Below are positions 24,292 through 38,226 of a stretch of 64,000 nt of DNA, in pieces. Below the pieces are notes generated by a model. That model did not search any database and was not told where the DNA came from. It saw only the letters and a list, made by a program, of their open reading frames with translations. Every line of letters begins with the position of its first letter. The first letter of the stretch is position 1. A program made the position numbers and the translations under genes. The stretch is from Marsupella aquatica (lineage: Eukaryota > Plantae > Marchantiophyta), in NCBI GenBank assembly GCA_973895155.1, contig OZ316899.1:15961974-16025973 (forward strand). The letters run 5' to 3'.

Positions 24292-27200
24292 TAGCTCCCC
24301 ACTGAATTGTGAAGCGTCCTCGCAAACATCTTCAAATTCATACATGTAGTGTTTTTAAGCCTATCATAATGTACTCTTACACGGTATATCTCACCTATGA
24401 TATTTGCTAATTGAACTAACCCATTAGAGAATATCATTTCCACCTTGTAAGGTGCTAGCCAACGAGTGTAAAGCTTCCCTGGAAACTTTGCGTACCTATT
24501 GTCATAAAGTAACACAAGATCACCAATTTGAATACAGATTGGCTTTAGCTTTTTATCATATCGCTGCTTCATCAGTGTTTGACAATACTTCAGTCTTTCT
24601 GATGCTATTAATCTGGCTTCCTCCAATCCCTCGAGTTGATACAACCTTGCTTCCCTACTCTCTGCCTCATTTAGACGTTCTCGTATGGTAACACGATATG
24701 TGGGAACCTCCAATTCTATTGGCACTAAGGCCTCCTGCCCAAATGTTAGGAAATAAGGTGTGTGTCCTGTGGTTGTTTTGTAGGCCAAATTGTAAGCAAA
24801 AACAGCAACGTACAGCTTGTCATCCCAATCGTCCTTGTGCTCTTACACTGTCTTATTCAGTATCTTACCAATGATTCCATTCGCTCTTTTGTTAAGTCCA
24901 TTGGCCTTCGGATGGTAGGGAGTCGTAGGCCGATGCCAAACCAAGTATTGCTCATTAAGCCGTCCGACAATATCATTCAAAAAATGAGTTCCCTAATCAC
25001 TGACCAGCTCTAGAGGTGCCCCATACCGAGTAAAGATCTGCTTGTATAAAAATCGAGCAGTTGTAACTGCATCATCCTTCATTGTTGGCCTAGCCTCTAC
25101 CCATTTAGTCGCATAATCAGTGGCCAAGATGATGTACTTATTCCTCCGAGGATAAGTTTTTGGCTTCAGAGGCCCAATGTAATCAATGCCCCATTTTTCA
25201 AATGCGGCAAGGGGTAAAACTGGATGCAATGGATGTCTACTGGCAGCCCTTGGTCCCCCGGCCCTTTGGCAAGGATCACATTCCCTAATGAATTTATGGA
25301 CATCCTTGTGCAGAGTCGGCCACCAGTAACCGGCATCCAATACCTTGCGGGTAGTTACTACTGGTGCAAAATGACCTTCGGCCTCCTCTCCATGCATTGC
25401 TTCCATTACTTTCCGGGCATCATCCTTCTCCAAACATTGCTGGAGCTTACCATATGCTCCCATTCTGTGCAACACCCCATGAATGGTCTGGTAACGAGCT
25501 GCCTTTCGTAAGAAAACCACTTGTTGCTCTCTAGTCCAAGCCCTATTCAACCTTGTTGTACTTAGAAATCCCAGTATCTCCAAGTACCAAGTAGTTGAAT
25601 CCTTGACTTGAAATAACTCCTCATTCGGAAATCGGTCGTCAATGCAATCTGATGCCGGATCACCGGGTATTCTGGAGAAGAAATCTGCATTTGCATGTAA
25701 CTTTCCAGGTTTAACCCTCAATTCATAATTGAATTCCTGCAATAGTAATATCCATCAGGCCACTCGTCGTATAAGATCCGGCTTGTTTACTAGGTACTTC
25801 AAACTTTCATGATCTGTATGAAAGATCACTCGGTAACCTAATAAGTAGTGTTGGAACTTTTTACAGGAGTAGATGACCCCCAACGCTTCCCTCTCCGTGG
25901 TTGAGTAGTTCTGCTTGGCTACAGCTAACTATCGGCTTGCAAAATAGATGGGGTGATCCTTCCCCTTATCATCTAACTGGCTTAAAATAGAATCGATGCA
26001 AAAACCTGATACATCCACAAATACATGGAAATCCTTATTCCAATTAGGTGCCATCACGACAGGTGCTTCCACCAGTTTTTGCTTCAACTGTATCACAGTC
26101 GTAACTTGTTTAGGTGTTGGTTCGAAGTCCCCTGGGCCCTCACTCCGTGTCAAAGAAGTGGACCCCCCTACGGTCGGGCCTTTTTCCTGTTTACCCCTTG
26201 TTATTTCCATTTTACTATTAAAAGTTCCCTTATTACCGGTAATAATTATAATTATTAGTTCAAAATGAATAAAAATTACCCTTCGAGCGTTCGCACGTCC
26301 TCCACGTATTTTAGTTAAGACTGAGGGCCCAGGGTTTGAAGTCTGGACTGTTTTGAGCATGTTGGTTAACGGCAGTGCTAGTTTGGAAAAATCTTGGATA
26401 AACCTTCAATAGTAACCAATACAACCCAAGAAAGATCTGACATCTTTTATATTCTTGGGGTGCATGATATCCAACCAAACTGCCAATTTTCCCTTATCAA
26501 TTTCAATACCCTTCTTGGATACCTTGTGACCAAGCAAGACCCCTTGAGTTACTCCAAAAAAACATTTATCTAGATGTAGCTTCAATCCCACCTGTCTGCA
26601 TCTTTCAAAGGTTCTACGTAAGTACTTGGCATGTTTGGACGCCTTCCCGAACACAACAAAATCATCGATGAATATCTCCAAAAATTTCTGGAGGTAATCA
26701 TGAAATATGTTAACCATCAACCTTTGGAACATAGCTGGTGCATTACATAATCCGAAAGACATCCGGTTAAACACATAGATTCCCCACTCAATAATGAAAG
26801 CAATTTTGATCTGATCCTCCTGCCTAATTCTGATTTGATTATATCCAGAGTAGCCACCCATAAAAGAATACAACTCATGGCTGGCTACAATGTCTAACAC
26901 CATATCAGTAAGGTAAAGGAAAGTGATCCTTTAAAGTGACGTCGTTCAGCTTCCTATAATCCTGGCAAACCCTTATCTTCGGCTTGCCATCCGGTCCTGC
27001 CTTCTTGGGTACAATGACAATAGGAGATACCCAGTCCAAATGGAGAACTGGCGTAATGAAGCCAGCTTCCACCAATTTGTCGATTTTTGCTTTTACCAAC
27101 AATGAATACTTTGGATTCATTCTCCTCATTGGTTGCCGAAATGATTTGGCTCCCAACATCAGGTCAATCCAATGCTCTCCTAACTTTGGGTCCACTCCTT

Positions 27201-30200
27201 GTAAATCAAGGTGACTCCAAGCAAAAACATCCTGGTATTCCATAAGTAACTCACTGATCTCCTTTTTGATTTTGGGAGCAAGGTCCCTACCCAGATTCAC
27301 CTCCCAACCTTTGCCCAACTTAAGCTTCCTGTATTGCTTTGATTGAATGATGTTGATTTGCTTCTTTAGATTTGGATCTAGGTCTGCTTCCAACCTGGCC
27401 AACCTCATTCCTCCATATACTGGAATTTTGGGCTCCATGATCGTTTCCATCACCTCCGCTGTCGACTCCCCACTGGAAGAAGTAGCTTCTTCAATGATGG
27501 TGTTGATCTCCACTGAAGTAGATCCAATCGGCTTCGGCTTCCCTTTTAGCCTTAGCATTTTCAACCTCATTTTTTTGGTAGCCGGCCGACACCTTAGTCC
27601 GCTCGGAACAATTGACTCCAAAATCACCTTATTTATTGTGACAGCAGGTACTCCATCTTGAATTGACTGCAACGCCTCCTGATTCGGTCGCGTAGCTGCC
27701 TGGTCTGCCGAGTGAGTTTTTGTAATTGGAGTGACCTTTTCATCAACCAGCGCTGCCGACTCCGGCCACTGTGCCACAACGCTTGATGAAAATCCGCCAA
27801 TTTGACGTTGGGATCCTTTGATAGAACAAGTTCCTCCACTTGAACCTGTGATTTGGTTTCTTTATCCATGATAATTGATTCCAAAAAAGCGGCCTCAATT
27901 GCGAAGCAACTGTCAGTCGGGACTTCCTGAAATTCTGGCTTGCCTTCCTCAATTATGGGTTCCATCCGACTCCTCCTTGCTAACATTAGTGGAATTGAAA
28001 TGGGCTCTTCCTCAATTTCCGGAATGATTGGCCTTATGGAATCTGTGTCTCCCATCCAAAGTCCATTGGGGGGTGTATCAGGTCCAAACACACTTGCTTC
28101 TATTACCCCTGATAAGCATTCCAGCCAACGCACATCATCAGCAAATTCTAACCTAGTATCATAGCCGTCTGCTTCTCGAATCAACCTGGTTGCTTCCTCC
28201 TCGACTTCCCATGACATGGTAATAGGTGGAGTTCCGAATGTAAACTATTTTGTTCCCCAATTTTCCACAACTTTTGCAAGGTACAACAAGGGTCGCCCTA
28301 TCAACACCCTAAATGAGGTAGGGTTCATCGGCTTCATCATAATGTAATTGATGCTGAATGCAATACCACCAATCTCCGTGCGTATTCCTCGAAGAATGCC
28401 AGTGGGAACTACCTGATAGCCGTTGGCCATATTCAGCACCCTTCCTGTCAATTCTGGTTTTGAATCCCCAGGCCGCCGCTGTGAATCGATGAGTATGCAT
28501 ACCCCCGATCCTCCATCAATTGGTACATGCATAACCTTTTCCTTATTGATGATCACTGGTAAGCAAGGAGCTCCCCTGTCTTCTTGGATCATCGTGACAT
28601 CTATACAAGTAGCTACTCTTGGAAGCCTTGGCTTACCGGCAATGGCTTTTTTCAATTGCTTCCAGAAATACAGGCTATTTTTTAACAATTGACCTACCGT
28701 AGCCAAAACACAAGATTCCTATACATCCTTTGCCAAATTGTATGGCACCAACTGTTTCCCTGCGTCATCCTCCTGAGGTAATTTAATCGCTCTAAGAGGA
28801 TTCTCCTGAGTAGGTAATGATTCTGGTTCCTTTGGTTTGAGAGGTGTGCTTGGTGAAGTCAGTGACGGTATACTTCTGTTCTCCATTGTTTCCTTTGAAG
28901 TGGAAACAATCTCCTCCTTCATACGCTCGACTGCTCTCTTGATATCCTTCTGGAGTGCAACTTCATTCTCGTCCTTCTCCAGTTCTACCAATTGCTCCTT
29001 CAAGCTAGCCGTGACTGCCGGAAAAAATAAACTGGGATGCGTTCGATCAAAATCACTATCCTGGGAAGGACTGGGATCACCAGGTATGACTTGCGGGTCC
29101 TCAGTGACAAGGGCTTTGCCGCTAGAATCCGAAGAAGTGGAATCAGACGTATCTTTTTTTCCACGACTTCTTTTTCTTGGTAATCCCTCCCACCTTTGCT
29201 TCCTTCTGGTAGATCTAGTGGATACCCGATAACAATCGGCATCAACTTCTTCTTCGGAATAAGTGGACAGGGCGTCCGCTTCATCGTCAGAAGGTGAAAA
29301 TTCCCCTCGTGCTTCCTCACGTCATCCTAAGTCAATATGATTTACCTGGGCTCCTCCCGGCATAGTTCCTGTTGGCAATACTTTTGGCGTGGGTTTGACA
29401 GGTACAGCAGCCATCCCGACTAACCAAATAGGGCATTGGGTAAGTATATGCCCTTCTCCTTTGCAACCCATACAAAGCTTTACTAGCTGACCATCCGCCT
29501 GCTTCCTTGCATTGGTGCACTCCCGGGAGAAGTGACCTGGTTGACCGCAATTGTAGCATGCTGCAAATCTCTGAACATTTGGTTGTGGAGGTGTAGTTGG
29601 ATTTTGAATGATGTGTGGATACATTTCCCCTACATTGGTTCTCAATGCTCCCTACAAAGAGGTGGGTCGGTTAGCCAAATCTTGGGCTCCGGCCTCACTG
29701 ATGCCGAACACACTATCTACAGCATCTCCAAGTATGTACTCCACCTATGACTCTCCTATCGTACCCTTGGTTATCAATCAAACATGCTTTGTACCACACT
29801 TTGGACAGACATCCTTGTGATGTCCGATGGTATAACAGCGAGCGCACTATACTGAGGTGTCATCAATAGTCTCCCTCTTCTTTGGTTGGGAGTTGGCTAA
29901 TAACATCTTTAACTGCTCTATGATCGCTGTCAATTGATCCGGAGATGCTTTCTTAGGATCAATCTTGGTTCTCACCTTCTCCACAACCTTATCCTTTTTT
30001 TGAATTTCTTCTTTTTACTCTTTTCTCCATCCTTCGAACTGGAAGATGTTTCACTCTTACTGGTATCATCCTCAGAGCTGCTACTCCCCTCCTTGGCTTT
30101 CTTGGATCGCTTCTTCTTTTCTTTTTTCTTGCCTGATCCCTCTTCAGAAGATGAGTCCTTGGACTTATAGTGTTTTTTCCTGCTCGTGATATCTGCATTG

Positions 30201-30934
30201 ATGTAGAGCTGAATGTCACGAATTACTTTGGCTAGAGACTTCGGTTCCCCTTCCAAATTGCAAAGGTCATCTTCTGTGGTAAAGCATTAACCAACCATTG
30301 CAACTGCATTTTGTCCGATGCAATGCTCTTGGTTCGCCGCACCAATTTGTGGAATCGCTGCAAAAACTTCCTGAAAGACTTGTTCTCCTTGAATTGAAGC
30401 CGTCCTAGCTTCAACATTGCCAATTCAGATGTCCCAATGGGACGGAATTCTTTGACAAATAGCTGCTTAAAGGTGACCCACTCATTCTACTCTCCTGGTT
30501 CCAAATTAGAGTACCACGGTTGAGCCTCACCCTTAAACAACCCAGGTAGGATCTGCATTTTGATAGCCAACTCTCCATTAGCACGTACCATCAAACTCCT
30601 CAAGCTAGTCATTCGGGTCCTCCTCGTGCTTTCCATGAAATGCTTTATAATGTATTCGTGATCTCTGGCTGAGCCGTGGTGCTGCTTGACCACCGAATTG
30701 TGGGTCTGGCTCACCCATTACTTGCACTGGTGAACTGGGTTGGGTACTGGGCACGTTGCTACTCAACAGATCCCCTTCTTCACTCACCAGTTCCTCTTCA
30801 AAAGCACTTTGTGAACCACCGTTGCCGGTTGCAACCTTAACTCTCCGTGACTCCTTCCACTTCTGAATTTGCTGCAACCGCGATTCTTCCCTTTGTGCTG
30901 CTCGACCTTCCCTTGGTGTGAATTCGTTCATCAC
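24255..30934 (-). pseudogene. gag-pol, heavily disrupted
   Basis: Fragments SQRSRIHYKAF, CYNCGQPGHFSREC, IDGGSG, QDYRKLND, FIDD, FVDVSG, WGIDYIGP, LVSD. Confidence 0.93.
26130..26334. mobile_element. 205-bp MITE with 13-bp TIRs and 9-bp TSD (Mutator-type signature)
   Basis: CCCTGGGCCCTCA ... TGAGGGCCCAGGG, flanked by TTCGAAGTC and TTTGAAGTC. Interrupts pol between RT and RNase H. Confidence 0.88.
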
Positions 30935-30972
30935 CTATCTCTGCTCAGCCCACAATTCACAAGTAAGAATGC

Positions 30973-30990
30973 CCCCTCCATCTAGCGCCA
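30973..30990 (-). promoter_or_regulatory. Primer-binding site, tRNA-Asn-like
   Basis: Reverse complement TGGCGCTAGATGGAGGGG, identical to element 1, 4 nt after a CA end at 30995. Confidence 0.8.
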
Positions 30991-30994
30991 AAAA

Positions 30995-33900
30995 TGTGGT
31001 GCATTTCCCAACACCTCTAACCCCAAGTCAGAACCATCCGCAACCGGCTATGAACCACTACTTATGGTGGTTTGGCTACTATTTGGCTTGGAAACGCGGT
31101 CTACTCTTCGATCCACACTATGCTAGACCGATTCTTTCATTGGGCTTGTGAATTGTGTATTGCTGAGACGCCTAATTCCTCAATTGACTTTGTCGGGTAT
31201 GTTTGTATTTCACCCCCAGAATGTACCCCTACGGCTTAATCTCTTAAGCCGCCTAAAGGTTTTTCTCAAACCGACTCAACCCACACTTTAACCAACAAAA
31301 CACTCTCAATCCTCACTTTTCTCTCAGAGTTTGGTTTGGCAGTCTTCAATCAAGACAATGCAATCGTATTAGCTCATAGTATCACTCTAACTGACTCAAA
31401 TCGATCAAGCAACAAATATCATAACACACAACACCATGATTGACAAGAATCTGCAAACTAAGCAAACAAGGCCAACTCAATTCAAACAATTGCACAGAAA
31501 TCCATGGGAACTTGTGTTTTACTGATAATCTGCAGTCTAGATTTAGCCGAGAGCTTCCTATGTAGTAATATTGATACACTAGAGTCTTGACTAGAAAAAA
31601 GCCCCCCAAGCCACGCTGCCCAGGTTTTTATCCTTGTAGTGCATCCAGGGGAATCGGCGGAAATCAAAACCACAAATCACAGCCTTCCACCGTGATAAAC
31701 CTGCTAATTAACTATCACCAAACACAACTTGACTAACCCAGAATCCTGTGGGAACCGAACACCTAATACTACCTAAGCCGACAGGGCGCTATTTGCCCTG
31801 TCCCATCCTACAATGGTCGCACCCTTCTGGCCCAAGCCCTTCTCCTTCCGCCACGTCCTTCTTCCAACCGACGACTGGCCCTCCTTAATTGTCAGATGAC
31901 CGGGGGTAAGCCCGAATCTTCCGACTCTGCACCTCCTCCTACAATTGGCTCCGGCTTGATCCCTTTGGCTTCCCCGGCTTTGGGTCCCGGTTTAACGGCC
32001 TTGGCATCGGTAGCATCCTCCTGGGAAACGGCTTGGATAGCGTTGGCCTTCACTTCCTCCATCCAAGCCTGCTCTCCAATACGTTTTGTCTTGATCTTCC
32101 ATGGCTTCACATTCCGGTAGTCCATGGTGGCAGTACCTGTGTCTGAACCTGTTACCGTGGCTCCAAGTTCATTGGCATTACTTATCTCGACTACGGCTGC
32201 CTTTGTAGCAACAGTCCCACAAATGTGAGCGGCCGTACTTTCTACCTCTTCTGGAGTGGCCTTGAGAGGTACCCAATAAGTACCTGCTGGCCCTATGAAT
32301 GTCTTGGCTAGATCTGCAACCAACTGCATTGCCTTACCCTCAATTACCCTTGACAATATTGATGTCGGTTTTGGCATGTCAGTATTCCCGGCTACCATGC
32401 CACTAGCGGGAGACCGTCCAGTCGGTGATCCGCATCCTGCTTCGGCATACTTTTGCAATTTCTCTATTTGATTATTTGCCCGCCTCTGCAACCCGATCAT
32501 CTTGTCTTTGGCCTCCTCCAACTCCTGAGATAAGTCCTCAACTTCCTCGTTAAGTCGATGCGCCTCATCCTTGGCCATCTTTAGTTCCTCGTTTAAGATC
32601 TGCACGATCTCAAACTCCTTCTTATCCAGAGCGACTCTCTGGGAATCGTTGATGTCTTCCAGCTTTGTGACCTCATCCGTCCATGCCTGCTTTGTCTTGG
32701 TTATCTCCTCCTGAAGCTCCTTGCATATCTGTTGGACTCAGCTTAGGTGATCATTGGCCGCTGTACAAATGGCGTCCTCATGCTTCTCCTGCATGGCCTC
32801 CGGCAGGTTGAGGAGCTTGTCATACTTCCTTGGGCTTTAGCCAAGGCCTTCTCGCTCTGTGTGGCCTGGTCCTTAGCCATCTTTCTGAGCCTCTCGACTT
32901 GCCGATTTAGACCCTGTACCTCCTCCTTTGAATCGGCTAACTCCAACTGTACCTTCGTCAATTTTTCCTTGAGCTGCTGGTTGTCCAATTGGTAGTTTTC
33001 CAATTGGTTGTTTGCCACCTCAAATTCCTGCTGCTTAGCCAAGAGATCCTTTTGAGCTTGTTGATCAACCTTCGTCTTAGCAACTTTGGCTTCCATGTAG
33101 CAAAGCCAAGCAATTACTTCTTCTTTCTTTAATAGCTCCAACGTCATAGCCTCCTCCAGCCTTGTTTGGTCAGCCATTTTCTTTCTAAGAAATGGTCCCG
33201 ATTCTAACTCATTGCCGAAGATTTCTAAGGCTAGCAGTCCACACATGTCTCCATACTCCCTAGCCCGATCCCTCGCATAATTTGACCTGCCAGGTGATAC
33301 TAGCATCTGCCAACAAGGCCGTTTCTCCCAAGCTTTTGCCCGTAATTGATCAAAGTCAGTGAGAGGCTCGGCCTGCTTCTCACTAGGCCATTTGATTTCC
33401 TCCGGCCAATCACCACCTGGTAGCTGTCGTTCTTGTATGTCATTTTGGACCTTCCACTTGGCAAGTTTCTCCTTCAGACTTGCCTCGGCCTCCTTCATCC
33501 GGTCAAACTCCAATGGTGTCACATCCGGTGGCGGAGACTCTGGGTTTTTTTGATCCTCCGGCTTGCCATAAAATATTGAGGGAAGTCTTCTACAAAACCT
33601 TCCCAACGTTCTTACACTTGGCACCGGCCTCTCCCCATGATCGACATAATTATCGTCGTAGTCATCCACATTAACCTGACTATCGAGTATGCCGGCCTCT
33701 TCTGCAAAGCCCCCAATCTCCTCCTCTGAGTATTGTTGGGCTGCCACTAGTTGATTTACCTCCACAGGTTCCTCCACTTGGGCCCAGCTAGAAGCTCTAA
33801 GGACTGGCCTCTCCTGGCTTTGGCCTCGGCTTCCATCTTCTGACTCCAAATCCATTTGCTCATCCCGTTTCTTTCTTTCTTCGGCAATCATCTTCCTCTC

Positions 33901-35588
33901 TACCAGTTGAATACCTGCATATGGATTATTACGAGTAGGCCGTCGCAATGGATTTCTCACCACATCATATGTTACCACCTTTGGTTCCTTGAGAGGGGAA
34001 TTCTCTCATCCCTGAATTGCCTGTATTGCCGGCCTCTTCTCTTGCCGTCGTTTGTTTAGGGGCTCCTCGTCCTCCTCCAAGGGTGTTGTGATTGGCATCT
34101 GTTCCTGTAGCGGTAGCACGGGTGCAAAAGACTGGCTTCTTGCATATCGGCAAAATAATTGCAGATGGTACCCTAGTCGGGATAACGCTCCTTCCCCAAT
34201 ACTCTGCTTCTCTTCATTTAATGCCTTCTTTAACTGCATTAAGAGATAGTCGTTGTAGTCTCGGCTTGAATCAATATTCTCCACCAAAAATACCTGGGCC
34301 TTGCCAATCTCTGCTCTCAGCAATGTACAATGTAGCGTGACTCTTAAGAAATCAATCAACTGCCCCACATGTGGATTAGTGCATTGATTTCTAAAGAACC
34401 CATTCTTAGTAGAGGGCCCTGGAAATGATCGGAATTGGTTATCCGGCAATGTCTTTTGCTGCTCCACCTTAGTTTTACTCCCTTGTGGAAGAGCAAAGAC
34501 GGCTTCAATTAGTGTTGGCGTTAATTCCACCACCTTCCCATACATCAGCGTCGTGTTAGAAGAAGCCTCCCAGCATCCCACAAAGTCTAATAGATCTTCG
34601 TCTGGTATGTCAATTAACCACCACGGCAACCAGATGAATCCCTATATGCCGGTGTTGTTCATGTATCCAGAATACTTGTTATCCTGGATAGCACAAAAGA
34701 CCTCATCTTCTTCTCGTGCAAACTGCAGTTATAAGTCGGCAGGTAGCCTATCCGCCCAACCCACCATAAACTTATCCTCTACTGCCCTATCTCAAACTGG
34801 CAGGGCTTTGACCTTGGCCTGCCTCTCAGACCGGTTCCGCTTAGCTGGTGTTGTAGACGCCAAACTACCCTTCCGCTTCATTTCTTCAGGCCCTAAAAAC
34901 TCTCCAAGAATGGCCTCCTTGGTCCAAGCCGAAGTGTGGCCCTTCAACTCCCAAACCGGCTGCCCAACGTTCTTAATCGCCTCTCGAATTCCAACGACTC
35001 GATTCTCTCTGATCAGCAACTTGTCAAGCTCGGCACTGGTGGGAATCCATAAGAATATCTTGAGTACCTCCTCTGTTCCCACAAAGGCCGTCTTATGAAT
35101 TCCCCATAACCGCGCGAGCTCCGCCTATTCCCTTGCTGCTTGTTTTGGCTCAACATCTTTGTAAGTTGGTATGAACTGCCGTGCTTCTTCAAGCAAACAG
35201 CCCCAAAACTTAGCCGCTTGATTCACCGTGGTCATTCCACTGAATGAAAGAGGAGCTTGAGCAATTCCCTACCCATCTCCCTCGATTGATCAGCAGCTGC
35301 TTCCGCCTCCCTAGGTCCCGAGCAACAAGAGAATGAGCGAGTATACATAGTGTCGGTCCCCTCCCCACAAAGCCGCCTCCTGATGGCTTGTGTGATCAAG
35401 CTCGGATTAGGTCATAACCCTAATGCCGCTTAATCGCAACCGTTGGATCCTACCCTATCGCGATCCTCCCTGCGACGCGTTGTAATTGGCTTTGGTCTTT
35501 ATTTCTACCTTATATTATTTAACTAATTTTTATTTAGGCATTATTTTAGGCTTAACTAGGTACTTTGTGATCCTGGCAAGGCATCACA
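30995..35588 (-). repeat. 5' LTR (about 4.6 kb) containing a gene
   Basis: TG start at 35588 matches the 3'-LTR remnant. CA end inferred from the PBS position. Confidence 0.8.
31892..35235 (-). pseudogene. LTR-encoded accessory protein homologous to element 1 parts A+B
   Basis: EDLLDFV/GKVVELT/VFALPQG/SFP..NGF/RAEIGKAQVFLVEN align with EDMTEFV/GRNMSLT/IFGLPEG/SFP..NGF/RGEISAAQVIQVEN. Long coiled coil at 32400-33150. Confidence 0.85.
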
Positions 35589-36505
35589 TACCTACTATCT
35601 GGCTTGCTGTCCGATTCAATACTCTAGTTGCGCTGACATTGTTGCTTTGGGCATCTGAGATGTGACTTGCAGTTTTGACCGGGCTAGCTACATTTGATTC
35701 TGTTGACGTTGGAGCTGTGCTTCTGGGTCGTTGGAGTTTGGGCAAAGGCCTGTGATCAAGCATTGCCATTGTTGTGATGCTGCGTTGTGAACACTGGACC
35801 TACCAACTCCTTGTTGGGAAAGCTGCAAAAAGGGATCCAAGCAAGCTACAATACAGGACATTGACCTCAGCTGAAGGTTGGATTTTCTATTTCTGGAGCT
35901 TGTAACTAGTGCTTGAAACCAGTGCTCTGCAGTATGTTGTTCATTGTTGTGCTTTAGTGTTGGCTCTATCCTCCGCCCCTCTGCTACCCTGTTACATTTC
36001 ATTAGTGCAATGTCTCTCAAAGATTTTGATTCCTAAGGTAGTATGGGCTTGGGATTAATTAAACGTCTCTCAAAGTTGGTTTATAAGTTTGCTGATAGGG
36101 CAATTGCTTCTGAGCTATGGAGGAGCCTAATCCTACGTTTGATATCGTGAATGCTTTGCTACTTGGGCTTGAGAATCTCATCCTCTATACCTTAGATTTG
36201 TTGTGTCTTGTAATTCCCACATCTTGGCTGCTTTGGATTCCCATCTCTCTGCCACTGCCTTCTTCTGGGCAAGCTGCAATAGGTTGGATTTTCTGTTTTA
36301 GAGCTGGTAACCAATGCTAAGTGTTTAGCTTCGTCCCTCTACTGGTTCTTGCTCTTCATTTCTAGCTTCATTTTCTTTCTTCTATTTTGCGCAATGTGCA
36401 TTATGCCTGTCTACTATTGATCCGCATGGTAATGGGGTTTTCTCTTCAGTCATTTGTTACAAAGTGATTTTGCGCAATGTTGTAACTGTCTTTGACTTCC
36501 GCGAT

Positions 36506-36625
36506 GCCTCCGATGAAGCTGCTGAGGTAAGCCTTCAAGCTACCTCCGATCAAGCTGCCAAGTCAAGCCTTCAAACTACCTTTGAGCAAGCTGCCTCCCA
36601 TCAAGCTGCCGAGTTAAGCCTTCAA
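36506..36625. repeat. About three copies of a 36-bp unit
   Basis: CCTCCGATCAAGCTGCCxAGTxAAGCCTTCAA repeated. Confidence 0.7.
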
Positions 36626-38226
36626 TACTGAAGCTAAGTGATCTAGCTCTGTGGAGCTTGAGTACATTGGAAGGACCAAGGTGAGATTGCTGATTTCTCT
36701 CCACAATGGGTCCTAGATTCGGAGTAGACTTGAAAAAAGATTTTGGTACTTTGCTATGAAGCTTTTTTGCACAAAGCGGGCTTGATGATTTGTGGTGTTT
36801 GCTGGTGAATTGGATTCCAGAAGAATGGCCACTAATGCACAGGGGTAGGGGATTTTGCTATTCTGAGATTGGAGATTTAAGATTTTGGCTGGTTTATTGC
36901 TACATTTGTTGCTTCCCCTTTAAGTGAGGGCTAGATTCTGGACCATTGCCATTCTTTTAGGTTGAACCTCTGCCAAAACCCATTACTCTGGTTTACTAGG
37001 CTGCCTCTTTTCTGCCTGGGCTGCCTTGTTTGCCTTGTTTGCCTTCCCAACCAGTAGTATGATAGTGATTCTTAGATAGTCCTGATAATGCATGCTTGTG
37101 AGGTGCACTGTGTTTTTTGTTCCTTGGAAGGACCTTGGTACCCTACTCTGTTGAGTGTTGGATGTTAAGTGTGAGGCCTACTGTCTGTCTTGCCGTCCAA
37201 TTCAAAACTCTGGTATGGTCAATGGTCTGTTTTGAGTTTCTTCATCTTGTCTCCTGCTGTTGCTTCTCTTTTATGAATCTTGGAAATAACTTCTGCTTTG
37301 ACTTCTTCTATATTCGTACAATTTTGGATTGAGGGTTTGAACACCTCAGTGGAATTAAAGTTTTGTAATATATTTTGAAACCCCTATCTACTAAGCACAA
37401 CATTTTAATCTAAGATGTCACTAGATCACTCAACATCTCTGTTCAATGACTCTGTTCTAGAAGGCCCACAATCTATTATTAAATGAAAGTTGAATCCAAT
37501 ACTTAAAGTCTCTGTCAATGACTCCCACTCCCCCCTGGCAGATATGCCTTATGGCTCTAGATCGAGTACAGTGAATGAAGAAAGTTGAAGAGTGTCCATG
37601 TGATGTTTGTCCATGCATGGTCCTTGCCAACTCAAACCAGTGCTCTGTGTAGTGGCTCCATTTAAATGATACAGGATTCATTGACCATGGCTTAGCTGCT
37701 CACTAATCCTTTGGTAGCAATTTGACCCTGGCTCTATAATCTGCTGGTCATTGTTCCAATCGTTTGGTAGTTGTCTGAGTGTAGCTATGTAATTTGCTCT
37801 AAAACAAAACTAGAGAGCGATTATTTTTCTGAGTTCAATGGCAAGCCTATTGTCCTTTGCAGAATTGGAATAGTACTGAATGAGTCTTAGGCAACCTTTA
37901 GTTACAGAAGGAGTTTGAAACGAAACATCAGATGCATGTATGTAGTCCAATACTCTTTTGTGTCACATTTGTGCTGCTGCAGATTATGAATCCTTGTTTT
38001 TACATCTTGTGACGTGAGAGGGGATTGAGATCTACATCTGAAATTGATCAAGACAATCTCCAAATTTCATTGCCTTCCTCTTGGTTGAGTACAGTTGGTG
38101 AGTCCTCTGCATTCTGGCCCCACATTGGATTGCAATATGCAAGTGGTAGTACGTGTTTTATGACAACCAATTTAACAGTTTAATAACTCTTCAAGTTTTC
38201 TTGTACGTTCCTGTCCAGTGGTCATA

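Larger units (their letters stand above)
24001..35588 (-). mobile_element. Degenerate Ty3/Gypsy element related to element 1; 3' LTR truncated
   Basis: gag-pol fragments collinear with element 1, same PBS, same PPT/LTR junction. 24001-24291 repeats 35298-35588. No TSD found. Confidence 0.93.

Noticed and set aside
35589-38200. Possible decayed LINE or CACTA-1 left terminus
   Set aside because: No convincing protein motifs. CACTA pentamers near 36830 and 37419 lack TIR or subterminal context.
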